Assembly (NCBI GenBank): GCA_964572995.1
Contig: CAZNIA010000002.1
Location: forward strand, 1-48,568
From: Candidatus Woesearchaeota archaeon
GTDB taxonomy: Archaea > Nanobdellota > Nanobdellia > Pacearchaeales > GW2011-AR1
Direction: 5' to 3'
Length of the DNA stretch: 48,568 nucleotides
Shown: piece after piece, positions 16,704 through 25,840 of the stretch
Layout: each line of letters starts with the position of its first letter
How positions within the stretch are numbered: position 1 is the first letter of the stretch
Position numbers and translations under genes: made by a program
Notes under the pieces: model-generated
The model's input: the letters and a program-made list of their open reading frames with translations, nothing else
Told to the model about the DNA's origin: nothing
Database searches by the model: none

Positions 16704-16976
16704 TTAAGCAATCTTTCTCATGTCAATCAATTGGACTGATGCCACCTTCGGTATTTTTGAGAGTTTTTCTTCCATTACATCTATATTTTTGTCGTCAGGG
16801 TAAAAAAAGAAAACGATTACGGCTTTTAATCCAAATGCGATATCTTCAATAGAATATTCTTTGTTGTTGCCTCCGAATTCTTCAACTATTTTTTTTGCAG
16901 ATTCTTGGATTTCATTTAAATCTACTTCTGTTGATTCTGGCATTAACTTGTATTTTGCTCCGTTTATTCCTACCAT
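16704..16976 (-). CDS. ef1b: translation elongation factor aEF-1 beta
   Basis: 90 aa. YKLMPESTEVDLNEI...IAFGLKAVIV...VQLIDMRKI matches the aEF-1beta pattern (KVMPESPDVDL ... IAFGL ... DVRR). Confidence 0.8.
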   Translation of the reverse strand: MVGINGAKYKLMPESTEVDLNEIQESAKKIVEEFGGNNKEYSIEDIAFGLKAVIVFFFYPDDKNIDVMEEKLSKIPKVASVQLIDMRKIA

Positions 16977-17045
16977 ATTTTAGTTTAATTGAGTAGGTTT
17001 ATAAATATTTTGAGAAGTGTTGTTTTTATTTTTAGTATCAAAATA

Positions 17046-17054
17046 CTTATAAAA
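17046..17054 (+). promoter_or_regulatory. TATA-box-like element
   Basis: CTTATAAAA is centred about 25 nt upstream of the ATG at 17075. Confidence 0.35.
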
Positions 17055-17074
17055 TGTAATGGTTTTTTCTGAAG

Positions 17075-18004
17075 ATGGTACTTGGAAATTATGAAAGAGT
17101 TGTTGATAAAATTGCAAAGCATTCTGGACTTAGTAACGAAGAAGTTACCAGGAAGATAGAAGCTAAAAGGGCTAAACTATCTGGTTTAATAAGCCAAGAG
17201 GGTGCTGCTCAGATAATTGCTGCAGAATTGGGAATAAATTTTGAAAACGAGAAACTTAAGATAGAAGAACTTCTTCCAGGTATGAGAAAAATAAATATTT
17301 CTGGAAAAATCGTTTCACTTTTTCCTGTAAGGACATTTAAAACACAAAAAGGGGAAGAGGGTAAAGTTCTTAATTTTGTTTTAGCAGATGAGACTTCTAA
17401 TATCAAAGTTGTTTTATGGGATACAAACCATATTTCTTTGTTTGAACGTGGAGAGATAAGTGAAGGAGATGTAGTTGATATCGCTAATGGTTCTATGAGA
17501 GAGAATGAAATGCATCTTGGAAGTTTTTCTGAATTCAAGAAAAGCACAAAAGAGATTGGAGAAGTTAAAACAGATAGAGTAGTTAGAGAGAAAAACATAA
17601 AGGACTTTAAATTAGGGGATCAATTATCTGTAAGAGCTTTTATTGTTCAGGCGTTTCAGCCAAGATTTTTTGAAGTCAATAAACAAACAGGAAAGAAACT
17701 AACTGAAGAAGAAAAAGCACAGGGAGTTCCAACAGATAGAAGAGCTTTAATCAATTTGGTTTTAGATGATGGAACCGAGACTATGAGAGCAGTTTTATTT
17801 AACGAAACTCTTTCTTCAATAGGACTTAAAGATTTAGAGAACTCTGAGAGATTACCTTATCAGATGGAAGCGATTCTTGGAAAAGAAATGGTTTTTTCAG
17901 GTAATGTAAGAAAAAATAATTTTTTCAATAATGAAGAATTCATAGTTGATGGAGTTAAAGAAGTTAATTTGGATGAATTAATCTCTCAACTTGAGAAGAA
18001 ATAA
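17075..18004 (+). CDS. RPA-like single-stranded DNA-binding protein (two OB-fold-like repeats)
   Basis: N-terminal helical domain. Two segments have the OB-fold-style pattern (ISGKIVSLFPVRTF...VLNFVLADETSNIKVVLWD and a second, LSVRAFIVQAF...LVLDDGTETMRAVLF). Confidence 0.55.
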   Translation: MVLGNYERVVDKIAKHSGLSNEEVTRKIEAKRAKLSGLISQEGAAQIIAAELGINFENEKLKIEELLPGMRKINISGKIVSLFPVRTFKTQKGEEGKVLNFVLADETSNIKVVLWDTNHISLFERGEISEGDVVDIANGSMRENEMHLGSFSEFKKSTKEIGEVKTDRVVREKNIKDFKLGDQLSVRAFIVQAFQPRFFEVNKQTGKKLTEEEKAQGVPTDRRALINLVLDDGTETMRAVLFNETLSSIGLKDLENSERLPYQMEAILGKEMVFSGNVRKNNFFNNEEFIVDGVKEVNLDELISQLEKK

Positions 18005-18023
18005 TTTTTTTAATTTGAATTAA

Positions 18024-18032
18024 TTTTATAAA
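18024..18032 (+). promoter_or_regulatory. TATA-box-like element for the giant surface protein gene
   Basis: TTTTATAAA is centred about 26 nt upstream of the ATG at 18054. Confidence 0.35.
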
Positions 18033-18053
18033 TGTATTTTACCTATCAATATA

Positions 18054-21000
18054 ATGAAAAGAGGTTTAATTTTATGTTCGATATTTTTAATATTTTTAAG
18101 TGGGTTTGTTTCTTCAGAAATAATTTCAACTAATCTCCAGGTTTATCCTTCCATACCTATTTCTTCACAAAACCTTAGTTGTAATTTTAGTGTTTTAAGT
18201 AATTCTTCTAGTTTGGGTATTACTGCAGAATATGTTTGGTATAAAAACGGAAAAATTAATTTTAGCAATTCTTTTCTTATAAATAATAATACTCAATATT
18301 CTATTTCTTTGCTTTCTGGAAATACTACTGAAAATGATATATGGGTCTGCAGTTTAAGATTTAATGATAGCGTATATACAAATTATTTTAATTCAAGTGT
18401 ATTTGTTAGAGGAGAACTTTCAATTGATAGAGCTTTAATTAATTACAGAAACTCTAGCAATAGGTTGGTTTGGGGAAAAATGCTTGAGAAAAGATTGGTT
18501 GGAGAAGGAGCTATATATAATTCAGATATGGGTTCTTATTTTGGGCGTGCTCCTATGGTTTTCAATGAAGATGGAAGTGAAGCCCATGTTGTTTTTAGAG
18601 ATGGGGGTTATAATTTAAGAATTTACAAATTTAATTGGATTAATTGGGCCGAAATGCAGAATCAAGGTGCTGCAAATCGTAGAGGTTCAATCTCTGTTGA
18701 TAGATATGGAGATACTTTAATTGCTATTTGGGGAGATAGTGATTTAGATGATGAACCTCCTGTTTATTCAATTTCTTTGGATGGGGGAACTACTTGGAGT
18801 AGTGAAGAATTTATTCCTTCTGCATATAATAAATTTGGATATGGGAATACTTTAGAGTTTAAATTTTTAGATGATGGAACTGGTATCGCTATTTGGAAGT
18901 CTTATGATTCAGGGATAGGATGGGCTTATGCTTATTGGAATGGTACAGGGTGGGAACATTTAGGAATTGTTTTGGATTCTAATACTGGAGCAGTAGGTAG
19001 GGCTGATTTATCTATTCTTCCTGAAGGAAGGGCTTTTTTAATTTATCAGAATTCAAATCCTCGTGTTTATTCTTGGAATGGAAGCGGTTTTAGTGATGAT
19101 GTTTATTTAGACACTTCTACAAATGGAGATGATCATAATGGCCCTACAATTGATTGTAATAGAAATGGGCAGTGTATTGCTGTTTGGACTGATTCAACTT
19201 ATGAACAAGAGTATATGAGATATAATGGGAGTTCATGGATTGGATTACCCAATATAGACATTGATGGAACAAGTTCTTGGAGTGATTCTCATGCGCAGGC
19301 TCCAAATGATATTCAGGTAGATGATGAAGGGAACGCTTTTTTGATTTGGTATGATGAGTCGGAAGTTGATGTTCTTTATGCAACTTACAATTGGTCAACA
19401 GATAGTTGGACACAAGGACAAGATTTTATTTCTTATACTACTTCAGACATTGAATATGGGGATAGTGCTCAGGTAGCTCTTGTTCCTTTGAATCAAGAGA
19501 TGTTTGCACTTCCAATTGAAGTAACTGCTATTTTAAGCGACGACGAAGTTTTTAAAAATGAATCTGTTCAAGGATATTGTTCTTCTTTGGATTTAGATAA
19601 CGAATCTGTTAATTATGTTTATAGATGGTATAGAAATGGATTGTATAATTATTCAGGTAATTTTTCTGGATTTGCTAATGGTACATCTATTTTAGCAGAT
19701 ACTTTGTTTTCAAACAAAACTTCTAGAGGAGATACTTGGACTTTTTCTTGTTCTGCAAATGATGGAAATGGACAAGTATTTAGTTCTAATGTTAGTTTTT
19801 ATGTTGTTACTCCTAGAAATTCTCTTCATTTTGAAAATTCATTTCCATTATCTGTGGATGATTTAATTTGTAATTTAAGTGTTATTAATCCAGAAGTCCC
19901 CACCGGATTAACTGCGTACTATACGTGGTATAAAGATGGGGTTTTACAATCTTCAGGAAATTTTCCTGCAAGTCATTCCGAAAGTTATGAATTAATTATG
20001 AGCAGTGATAATACTAGAACAGATGAAATTTGGACATGTTCTGCAATGGTTTCAGATGGTGTGGTTAATGGTACTTGGAAAAATACTTCTGTTATTGTTC
20101 GTATGAAGACTTCTATTTCTGATGCGTTTGTGACTTGGAATGATGCAAGTTATCGTCCTATTTGGACTGCAATAACTGGAAATAATTTTAGTAATAAAAC
20201 AATTAGTTCTACTAGAGTTTTATCTTCTGGAGGTTCAAATCTTGTAAGATTTGTTTTAAGCCCTGGATTGTATGATGGAAAGCTTATTTATAATGCTGCA
20301 GATGGAGATATTTACATGTTTGATTGGAATGGCACTTCTTGGGGAAGTGAAACTATGTTTGCAGATCAATCAGATACAGACAACACATACGATGTTGCAA
20401 GGTTTGGAGATACAATCATTGTTCTATGGGGAATCTCTGATTCATCAGTACCGTATTATCGGATTTCTAGGAATGGGGGAAGCACTTGGAGTACTCAAAC
20501 AAGGATAGAATCCTCAACTTATGGTAAATTTTCCTATCATTCTGGTTTAGATTTTGAATTTTTAAGTGATGGAACAGGACTTTTACTTTATAAGCATTCA
20601 GATGGTACTACCGGTTGGATTTGGTCTTTTTGGAATGGAAGTATTTTTTCTGAATCTGGGATTTTAGATGAAACAGATGATGGTCAACATGCAAAAGCTA
20701 GTATTGCAGCTTTGGAAAATGGGAAAGCATTTGTTGTTAGACGTAGTGGAGATATGTCTCAAGTATACCTAAATAAATGGGATGGAACAATTTTCGAATC
20801 AAGGGTTACTTTAGATTCAACTACTTTTGGTTATCCTGGGGGACCAGAAATTGAATGTAATAGATATGGAAATTGTTTAATGGTTCATAGAGCTTCAGAT
20901 GGAAATTTGGAATATATGAGGTATAATGGTTCTTCTTGGAGTGAACAAGATGTGAATGTTGATGGAGCTTTAACATGGTCAATTAATTATGAGAATTCAG

Positions 21001-23615
21001 TTATAGATTTGGCAATGGATGATTATAATAATTCTATTCTTGTATGGTATTCTTCAGATAGATTGGAAATTCGCTGGGCAAATTATAGTTGGGAGGAAGA
21101 TTCTTGGATATATCAGGGAGTTTTAGGTGTCCCTCATCCTTCTTTGAGTTATGGGGATGGAGTTCAAGTAGGATTAAAAATGCCTTTTGATGAAGCTCCT
21201 ATGGCAGTTAATATAACTGAAAAAGGAGATTATAATTCAATTGATCCTTTAGATTCATTAACAATTGAAGCATATATTTATGATCAAGAATCAAATTTTA
21301 ATTTAGGGGTTCTTGAATGGACAAATGGAAATGGGACTTGGAATACCGCAGATGTTTACAATGAAACTCCTTATAATTTCACAACTAGAATAAATGCAAC
21401 ATTTATTCCAGATTCAGAAGGAAACTATACTTATAGACTTTTAATGTATGATGAGCAAGGTAATATGAATACAAGTTTAGACCAAAATGTTGAAGTTTCA
21501 TGGGATTGTTCTTGGTCTGTTAATTCTTCTTTAGGGTCTTTTGCAGGATGGAATGAAATTAAAGATTTGGGAATAATTAATTTATCTAATTTAGGTGATG
21601 AAGAGTATGCAGGAGATTGTTCCCTTGATTTCAGGATTAGTTATAATTTTGATGAAGGGAGAGTTTATTATGATGGAGAATATCTAAAGAATTCAGTTAT
21701 TTATTCCTTGGATGAAAAAGAATCTGTAAATATTTTTGTTGAAGCAGAATTTTTATCTGAAGTAAAAGAAGAAAACCTTGAAATTACTTTTGATGAATCA
21801 AGACAGAGATCTGATTCAAGGTATAAAATTACTTCAGCTACTTTGATTTCAAATCAAGAAGGGCCTTATTTATTTGGAGAGATAACTGGTTTTCCAACAG
21901 TAGTTTATTTAAAAAATTCTGATTTTCTCTTATCTGGATATATTAGAAATTTGATGGGAGATATTGTTATAAATGAAACAAATACAGCATACAATACTAC
22001 AATTGAATGGCAGATTCCTAATGGATTTTCACAGACAAACTCTGGATTATTTTATGAAAATATTTCCGATTTAATTGCTTATCCTGTCACAACTACAGTG
22101 AGTTTTTCAAATTTAGAGAGTATGTCTCCAGGTATTCAAATATTTAATTTAAGTGCTCAAGGAGTAAATTTAACTGGAGAAGAAATAAGAAATAGCTTAG
22201 GAAGTTTAGGATTTTTAGAAGAAGCTTCAATTAATTTTTTATGTTATTATACTTCAGATGGAATTTGTGTAGAAGCTTGTGGGAATTCTCAAGATATTGA
22301 TTGCCCTCTTGATGTAATTGAAGTTTCTGGTGGAGGTTCAGGAGGAGGTGGAGGTTCAGGAGGAGACTTATTTGATAAATCAGAAGCAACAGTAGAATTG
22401 GTTAGAGGTGAAGAACAGTCATTTGTATTAAGAATAGAAAATAAGTTAAGCTTCCCAAAAGAGAATATTTTTGTGGATGTTTCAGGAATAAATTCAGAGT
22501 ACATACAAATAAATCCATCTAATATTTCTTTTTTAAGTAAAGACTCTTATGTTGATGTAAATGTTTCAATCTCTTCTCCAAAATATTTTAATTCTGGGAA
22601 ATATCTTCTTTCATTTGAAATAGATGGAGAGATTATCACAAATAAATCTAGATTACCTTTTAAGGAGTTTAGATATATTACTTTATATGTTGTTGAATTA
22701 AGGAGAGATTCTGCTGTAAATTTGATAAATAAATCCCAAGATATAATTGATGAGATGAATCGTTCTGGTTTAAAGACTGAAAAGTTATTAAGTATATTTG
22801 AGGATATGAAAAAATCCTTAGACAATTATGATTATGACTCTTTAAAAATTAAATATGATAATCTTATTAGGATATACGATTCTGCAGTAGGTTCTAAGCA
22901 GATTATAGAAGAATTAAATTCTAGTATTTATAATGCAAAAAGAAGGGGGATAGATGTTACTGAAACTCAGAAATTATTATTTATAGCAGAAGTAGCATTT
23001 GAAAGAGGAGATTATCTCATGGCATTGGAAAGGTTAGATGAAGCAAGATTAAGTTATGCGCTTGAAGTTAAAGGAGAATTTAATCTTATTTATGAGATTA
23101 GAAATAATCCTTTACAGTATTTAGAGATATTAATGGGATTATTTATTTTTGGCTTTGGAGGTTCTTTAATTAGCAGAAGAGTTTTGTATAAGAATAAACT
23201 TAAACTACTGGAGGAGGAAGAGAAATTGTTACTTGAGCTTATGAAGGTTGTTCAGAGAGACTGTTTCCAGAGAAATAAACTTTCTATGGAAGAATATCAG
23301 GAGGCAATGCACCAATATGAAAATAAATTAAGTGAGGTTATACAAGATAAAATAAGCGTGGAAGCCAAACTTGCAAACCTTATAAAATTAAAATCCAAGA
23401 GAAGTGCTTTAAATCAAGAACGAACAAAACTTGTAGAGATAATGAAAAAAATTCAGATACGTTATTTAAAAGAGGCTAAAGTCGAAACAAGAGTTTATGA
23501 GAATATGATGAAAAGTTATGCCTCAAGATTAAATGAAGTTGAAGAGAAGATTGTTTTCTTAGATGCTCAAGATTCTCTTAAGAAAAGGAATTCTTTTAGG
23601 AGGATATTTAGATGA
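18054..23615 (+). CDS. giant (1853 aa) secreted, C-terminally membrane-anchored surface protein with an internal tandem duplication
   Basis: N-terminal signal-like helix (ILCSIFLIFLSGFVSS). Two ~450-aa repeats each contain an Asp-box-like motif (SLDGGTTW, SRNGGSTW) and YMRYNGSSW. Gly/Ser linker SGGGSGGGGGSGG. A beta-sandwich-like module follows, then a helical stalk and a TM (LEILMGLFIFGFGGSLI). The cytoplasmic coiled coil is ~145 aa. About 50 N-x-S/T sequons by hand count. Confidence 0.85.
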   Translation: MKRGLILCSIFLIFLSGFVSSEIISTNLQVYPSIPISSQNLSCNFSVLSNSSSLGITAEYVWYKNGKINFSNSFLINNNTQYSISLLSGNTTENDIWVCSLRFNDSVYTNYFNSSVFVRGELSIDRALINYRNSSNRLVWGKMLEKRLVGEGAIYNSDMGSYFGRAPMVFNEDGSEAHVVFRDGGYNLRIYKFNWINWAEMQNQGAANRRGSISVDRYGDTLIAIWGDSDLDDEPPVYSISLDGGTTWSSEEFIPSAYNKFGYGNTLEFKFLDDGTGIAIWKSYDSGIGWAYAYWNGTGWEHLGIVLDSNTGAVGRADLSILPEGRAFLIYQNSNPRVYSWNGSGFSDDVYLDTSTNGDDHNGPTIDCNRNGQCIAVWTDSTYEQEYMRYNGSSWIGLPNIDIDGTSSWSDSHAQAPNDIQVDDEGNAFLIWYDESEVDVLYATYNWSTDSWTQGQDFISYTTSDIEYGDSAQVALVPLNQEMFALPIEVTAILSDDEVFKNESVQGYCSSLDLDNESVNYVYRWYRNGLYNYSGNFSGFANGTSILADTLFSNKTSRGDTWTFSCSANDGNGQVFSSNVSFYVVTPRNSLHFENSFPLSVDDLICNLSVINPEVPTGLTAYYTWYKDGVLQSSGNFPASHSESYELIMSSDNTRTDEIWTCSAMVSDGVVNGTWKNTSVIVRMKTSISDAFVTWNDASYRPIWTAITGNNFSNKTISSTRVLSSGGSNLVRFVLSPGLYDGKLIYNAADGDIYMFDWNGTSWGSETMFADQSDTDNTYDVARFGDTIIVLWGISDSSVPYYRISRNGGSTWSTQTRIESSTYGKFSYHSGLDFEFLSDGTGLLLYKHSDGTTGWIWSFWNGSIFSESGILDETDDGQHAKASIAALENGKAFVVRRSGDMSQVYLNKWDGTIFESRVTLDSTTFGYPGGPEIECNRYGNCLMVHRASDGNLEYMRYNGSSWSEQDVNVDGALTWSINYENSVIDLAMDDYNNSILVWYSSDRLEIRWANYSWEEDSWIYQGVLGVPHPSLSYGDGVQVGLKMPFDEAPMAVNITEKGDYNSIDPLDSLTIEAYIYDQESNFNLGVLEWTNGNGTWNTADVYNETPYNFTTRINATFIPDSEGNYTYRLLMYDEQGNMNTSLDQNVEVSWDCSWSVNSSLGSFAGWNEIKDLGIINLSNLGDEEYAGDCSLDFRISYNFDEGRVYYDGEYLKNSVIYSLDEKESVNIFVEAEFLSEVKEENLEITFDESRQRSDSRYKITSATLISNQEGPYLFGEITGFPTVVYLKNSDFLLSGYIRNLMGDIVINETNTAYNTTIEWQIPNGFSQTNSGLFYENISDLIAYPVTTTVSFSNLESMSPGIQIFNLSAQGVNLTGEEIRNSLGSLGFLEEASINFLCYYTSDGICVEACGNSQDIDCPLDVIEVSGGGSGGGGGSGGDLFDKSEATVELVRGEEQSFVLRIENKLSFPKENIFVDVSGINSEYIQINPSNISFLSKDSYVDVNVSISSPKYFNSGKYLLSFEIDGEIITNKSRLPFKEFRYITLYVVELRRDSAVNLINKSQDIIDEMNRSGLKTEKLLSIFEDMKKSLDNYDYDSLKIKYDNLIRIYDSAVGSKQIIEELNSSIYNAKRRGIDVTETQKLLFIAEVAFERGDYLMALERLDEARLSYALEVKGEFNLIYEIRNNPLQYLEILMGLFIFGFGGSLISRRVLYKNKLKLLEEEEKLLLELMKVVQRDCFQRNKLSMEEYQEAMHQYENKLSEVIQDKISVEAKLANLIKLKSKRSALNQERTKLVEIMKKIQIRYLKEAKVETRVYENMMKSYASRLNEVEEKIVFLDAQDSLKKRNSFRRIFR

Positions 23616-24466
23616 GGAGTATTAATAATATAAAAGGATTATGTTTGTTTATCTTTTTTATTTTGAGTTTTAACTTAATATTTGCTGAACAAGAGTTAGC
23701 TTTAGAAGATAAAGCTAGATTATGTTTAGATAATTCTGAGATAACCTTAAATGAGCTTAAAGATAATAACTTTAATTATCAAAGGGTTGAAGATCTTTTA
23801 ATTAAAGCCAAAAGCATCTATGATGCCCAAATTATTTTGTTTGAGAATGGAAAATCTGTTGATTTTTCTTTAGTTTTTCCATATTGTGAAGAAATAGCAA
23901 ACATAAGAAATTTTGCTTTTGATGTGGAAGATAAGTACTCTTCACTAAAGAAATTTTATGAAGCATCTATAACTCCAGATATGAATTCTTCTAGTATTGA
24001 AAAATTATTTTTGGAAATAGAAGAAGAGATAGATAGTGAGAGATATGAAAGAGTTCCGGAATTGATAAATAAGGCATATGAGGAGATTAGTGTTGTTAAG
24101 TCTTCTAATACAAAATTAAATTTATTTTATAAATCAACAACAAGAAGTTTTAAGAGATTCATTGAAAAGAACTGGATAATCATTCTGGTGTCTACTTTGT
24201 TAATCTTACTTTTCTTTCTTATATTTAACAAAAAAATAAAGATTTTTATTATAGAGAGAAATATAAAAAATCTAGAATTAAGAAGAAAGACAATACAAGA
24301 TCTTATGAAAGAAACTCAATTGGATTATTTTCAAAAAGGAGTTATTTCTCAAGGTAATTTTAATTTAAGAACCAAAAAATTTGCAGAATTTGTTAGAGAT
24401 ATTGATAGACAAATCCCTCTTTTAAGAGAGGATTTAATAAAATTGAGAAATCCACATAAAAGATGA
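23612..24466 (+). CDS. membrane protein repeating the stalk/TM/coiled-coil-tail architecture of the giant protein
   Basis: ATGA overlap with the upstream stop. N-terminal signal-like helix, ~160-aa helical ectodomain, TM (WIIILVSTLLILLFFLIF). The tail motif LELRRKTIQDLMKETQLDYFQKGVISQGNF parallels LEEEEKLLLELMKVVQRDCFQRNKLSMEEY in the giant protein. Confidence 0.7.
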   Translation: MRSINNIKGLCLFIFFILSFNLIFAEQELALEDKARLCLDNSEITLNELKDNNFNYQRVEDLLIKAKSIYDAQIILFENGKSVDFSLVFPYCEEIANIRNFAFDVEDKYSSLKKFYEASITPDMNSSSIEKLFLEIEEEIDSERYERVPELINKAYEEISVVKSSNTKLNLFYKSTTRSFKRFIEKNWIIILVSTLLILLFFLIFNKKIKIFIIERNIKNLELRRKTIQDLMKETQLDYFQKGVISQGNFNLRTKKFAEFVRDIDRQIPLLREDLIKLRNPHKR

Positions 24467-24921
24467 AAGAATTTAATGAGATGACTAAAAAAGAGAAAGA
24501 AGACTTTCTATCTATGGACCTTATTGAGAGACTTATAAGGTTAGAACAAAGAGTATCCGCTAGTTTTGGAAATTTTGTTCATTATTCTGAAACAGAATAT
24601 TTCAAGAGTTTATCTGGAACGAATAAAAATAGTTTTATTAAATATTTGAAGAGCAATAAAAGAAAGAAATATGTACTTTTATTTTTATTTTCATTGTTTG
24701 CTTTGTTCTCTTTGTTGTTTAGGGGAAATATATCCGGTAATGTTGTTTCGGATGTAATTTCTTTTTCCGATTATTTTCCAAGTCTTATATTTTTTACATT
24801 ACTGTTTATATTTATTCTTGTAATTTTAATTACATTATACTTTAAAACTAAAAAAGAAAAAAGATTTAAGAGATATTTTGGTTTGATTGAAAGAATATAT
24901 TCTTTAAAAACAAAAAAATAG
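24463..24921 (+). CDS. small 2-TM membrane protein with a ~68-aa cytoplasmic N-domain
   Basis: ATGA overlap with the upstream stop. Two hydrophobic helices (VLLFLFSLFALFSLLF, LIFFTLLFIFILVILITLYF). Confidence 0.6.
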   Translation: MKEFNEMTKKEKEDFLSMDLIERLIRLEQRVSASFGNFVHYSETEYFKSLSGTNKNSFIKYLKSNKRKKYVLLFLFSLFALFSLLFRGNISGNVVSDVISFSDYFPSLIFFTLLFIFILVILITLYFKTKKEKRFKRYFGLIERIYSLKTKK

Positions 24922-24951
24922 TTTTTTAAACTAAATAGTTTATATTCTATT

Positions 24952-25734
24952 ATGAAAAGAGGAGAAAAAGAATTTAAACAGGAATTCTTAAAATCTTATA
25001 TCCCTGGTTTTGATGAGTTGATTAAGCCAGGTATACCAGAAGGAAATGCTATTCTTGTCGAAGGTGGTCCTGGTAGTGGAAAAACAATCTTTTGTTTGAA
25101 TGTAGGAGTTAATTCCTGTAGAAAGGGGAAAAAAGTTCTTTATATGAGTTTTGAAGAACCAGAATATAGATTAAAAAGTCATCTTAAAAATTTTGGATTA
25201 GATGTTGAAGAGTATGAAAAAAAAGGGCTTTTGTATATAAAAAGATTTAATGCCCTTGATATTTCTAGAAGTGTGGAAGCTTTGCTTTCAGAAGCAAAAA
25301 AAGAATTGCTTATTGATGTTCAACCAGTTTTAATTCCTACAGAGTTTAAACCAGATATTGTTTTTATAGACTCTTTATCTAGTATTGCAAGTGCTTTTGC
25401 TGGAGAAGAAAACAGATTCAGAATATATATGGAGCAGCTTTTTAGATATCTTGAGAGCCATGAAATAACATCTTTTTTAATTAGGGAAACTGCAAATCCT
25501 ACACATATAGGGGCAACGTTTATTGAGAAGGGAGAAGCAGTGTCTTTTCTTTCAGATGGAATAATTGCAATTTATAATGTTCTTTTTAATAACAGTGTTA
25601 GAGGTAGAGCATTAGAGATTGTTAAAATGAGAGGAGCAGAAATTAAAAGACAAATAGTCGAATGTGATGTTAAAAAAACAGGATTCGTAGTACATCCAAA
25701 TAAGATTATAAAAGGAAATTATAGATTAACTTAA
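24952..25734 (+). CDS. single-domain KaiC-like / RecA-superfamily ATPase (COG0467-type, ArlH size class)
   Basis: IPGFDELIKPGIPEGNAILVEGGPGSGKTIFCLN (Walker A). VFIDSLSS (Walker B-like). 260 aa. Confidence 0.75.
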   Translation: MKRGEKEFKQEFLKSYIPGFDELIKPGIPEGNAILVEGGPGSGKTIFCLNVGVNSCRKGKKVLYMSFEEPEYRLKSHLKNFGLDVEEYEKKGLLYIKRFNALDISRSVEALLSEAKKELLIDVQPVLIPTEFKPDIVFIDSLSSIASAFAGEENRFRIYMEQLFRYLESHEITSFLIRETANPTHIGATFIEKGEAVSFLSDGIIAIYNVLFNNSVRGRALEIVKMRGAEIKRQIVECDVKKTGFVVHPNKIIKGNYRLT

Positions 25735-25840
25735 GTTCTTTGTTCTTGAATTGTTTATAGATTACAGGTAAACTGATAAGTGTTTAATATATATTTATTA
25801 CACAAATAATCTTTATAAACTGGTTGGGGTTTGAGTAAAT

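Noticed and set aside
18141-21188. Diversity-generating retroelement (TR/VR pair) as an explanation for the repeated segments in the giant gene
   Set aside because: The two copies are diverged throughout at protein level (roughly one third identical by eye) rather than differing mainly at adenine positions. They are ~1.7 kb units, not ~100-nt repeats, and no reverse transcriptase gene is in the window.
22326-22364. GGAGG-rich microsatellite-like tract (tggaggttcaggaggaggtggaggttcaggagga)
   Set aside because: It is in frame in the giant gene and encodes a Gly/Ser linker (SGGGSGGGGGSGG). No independent repeat function needs to be invoked.
24952-25734. Calling the 260-aa RecA-superfamily protein RadB
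   Set aside because: The N-terminal pattern (IPGFDELIKPGIPEGNAILVEGGPGSGKT) and the following FEE segment fit KaiC-like COG0467 proteins better than RadB. This remains unresolved without phylogeny.
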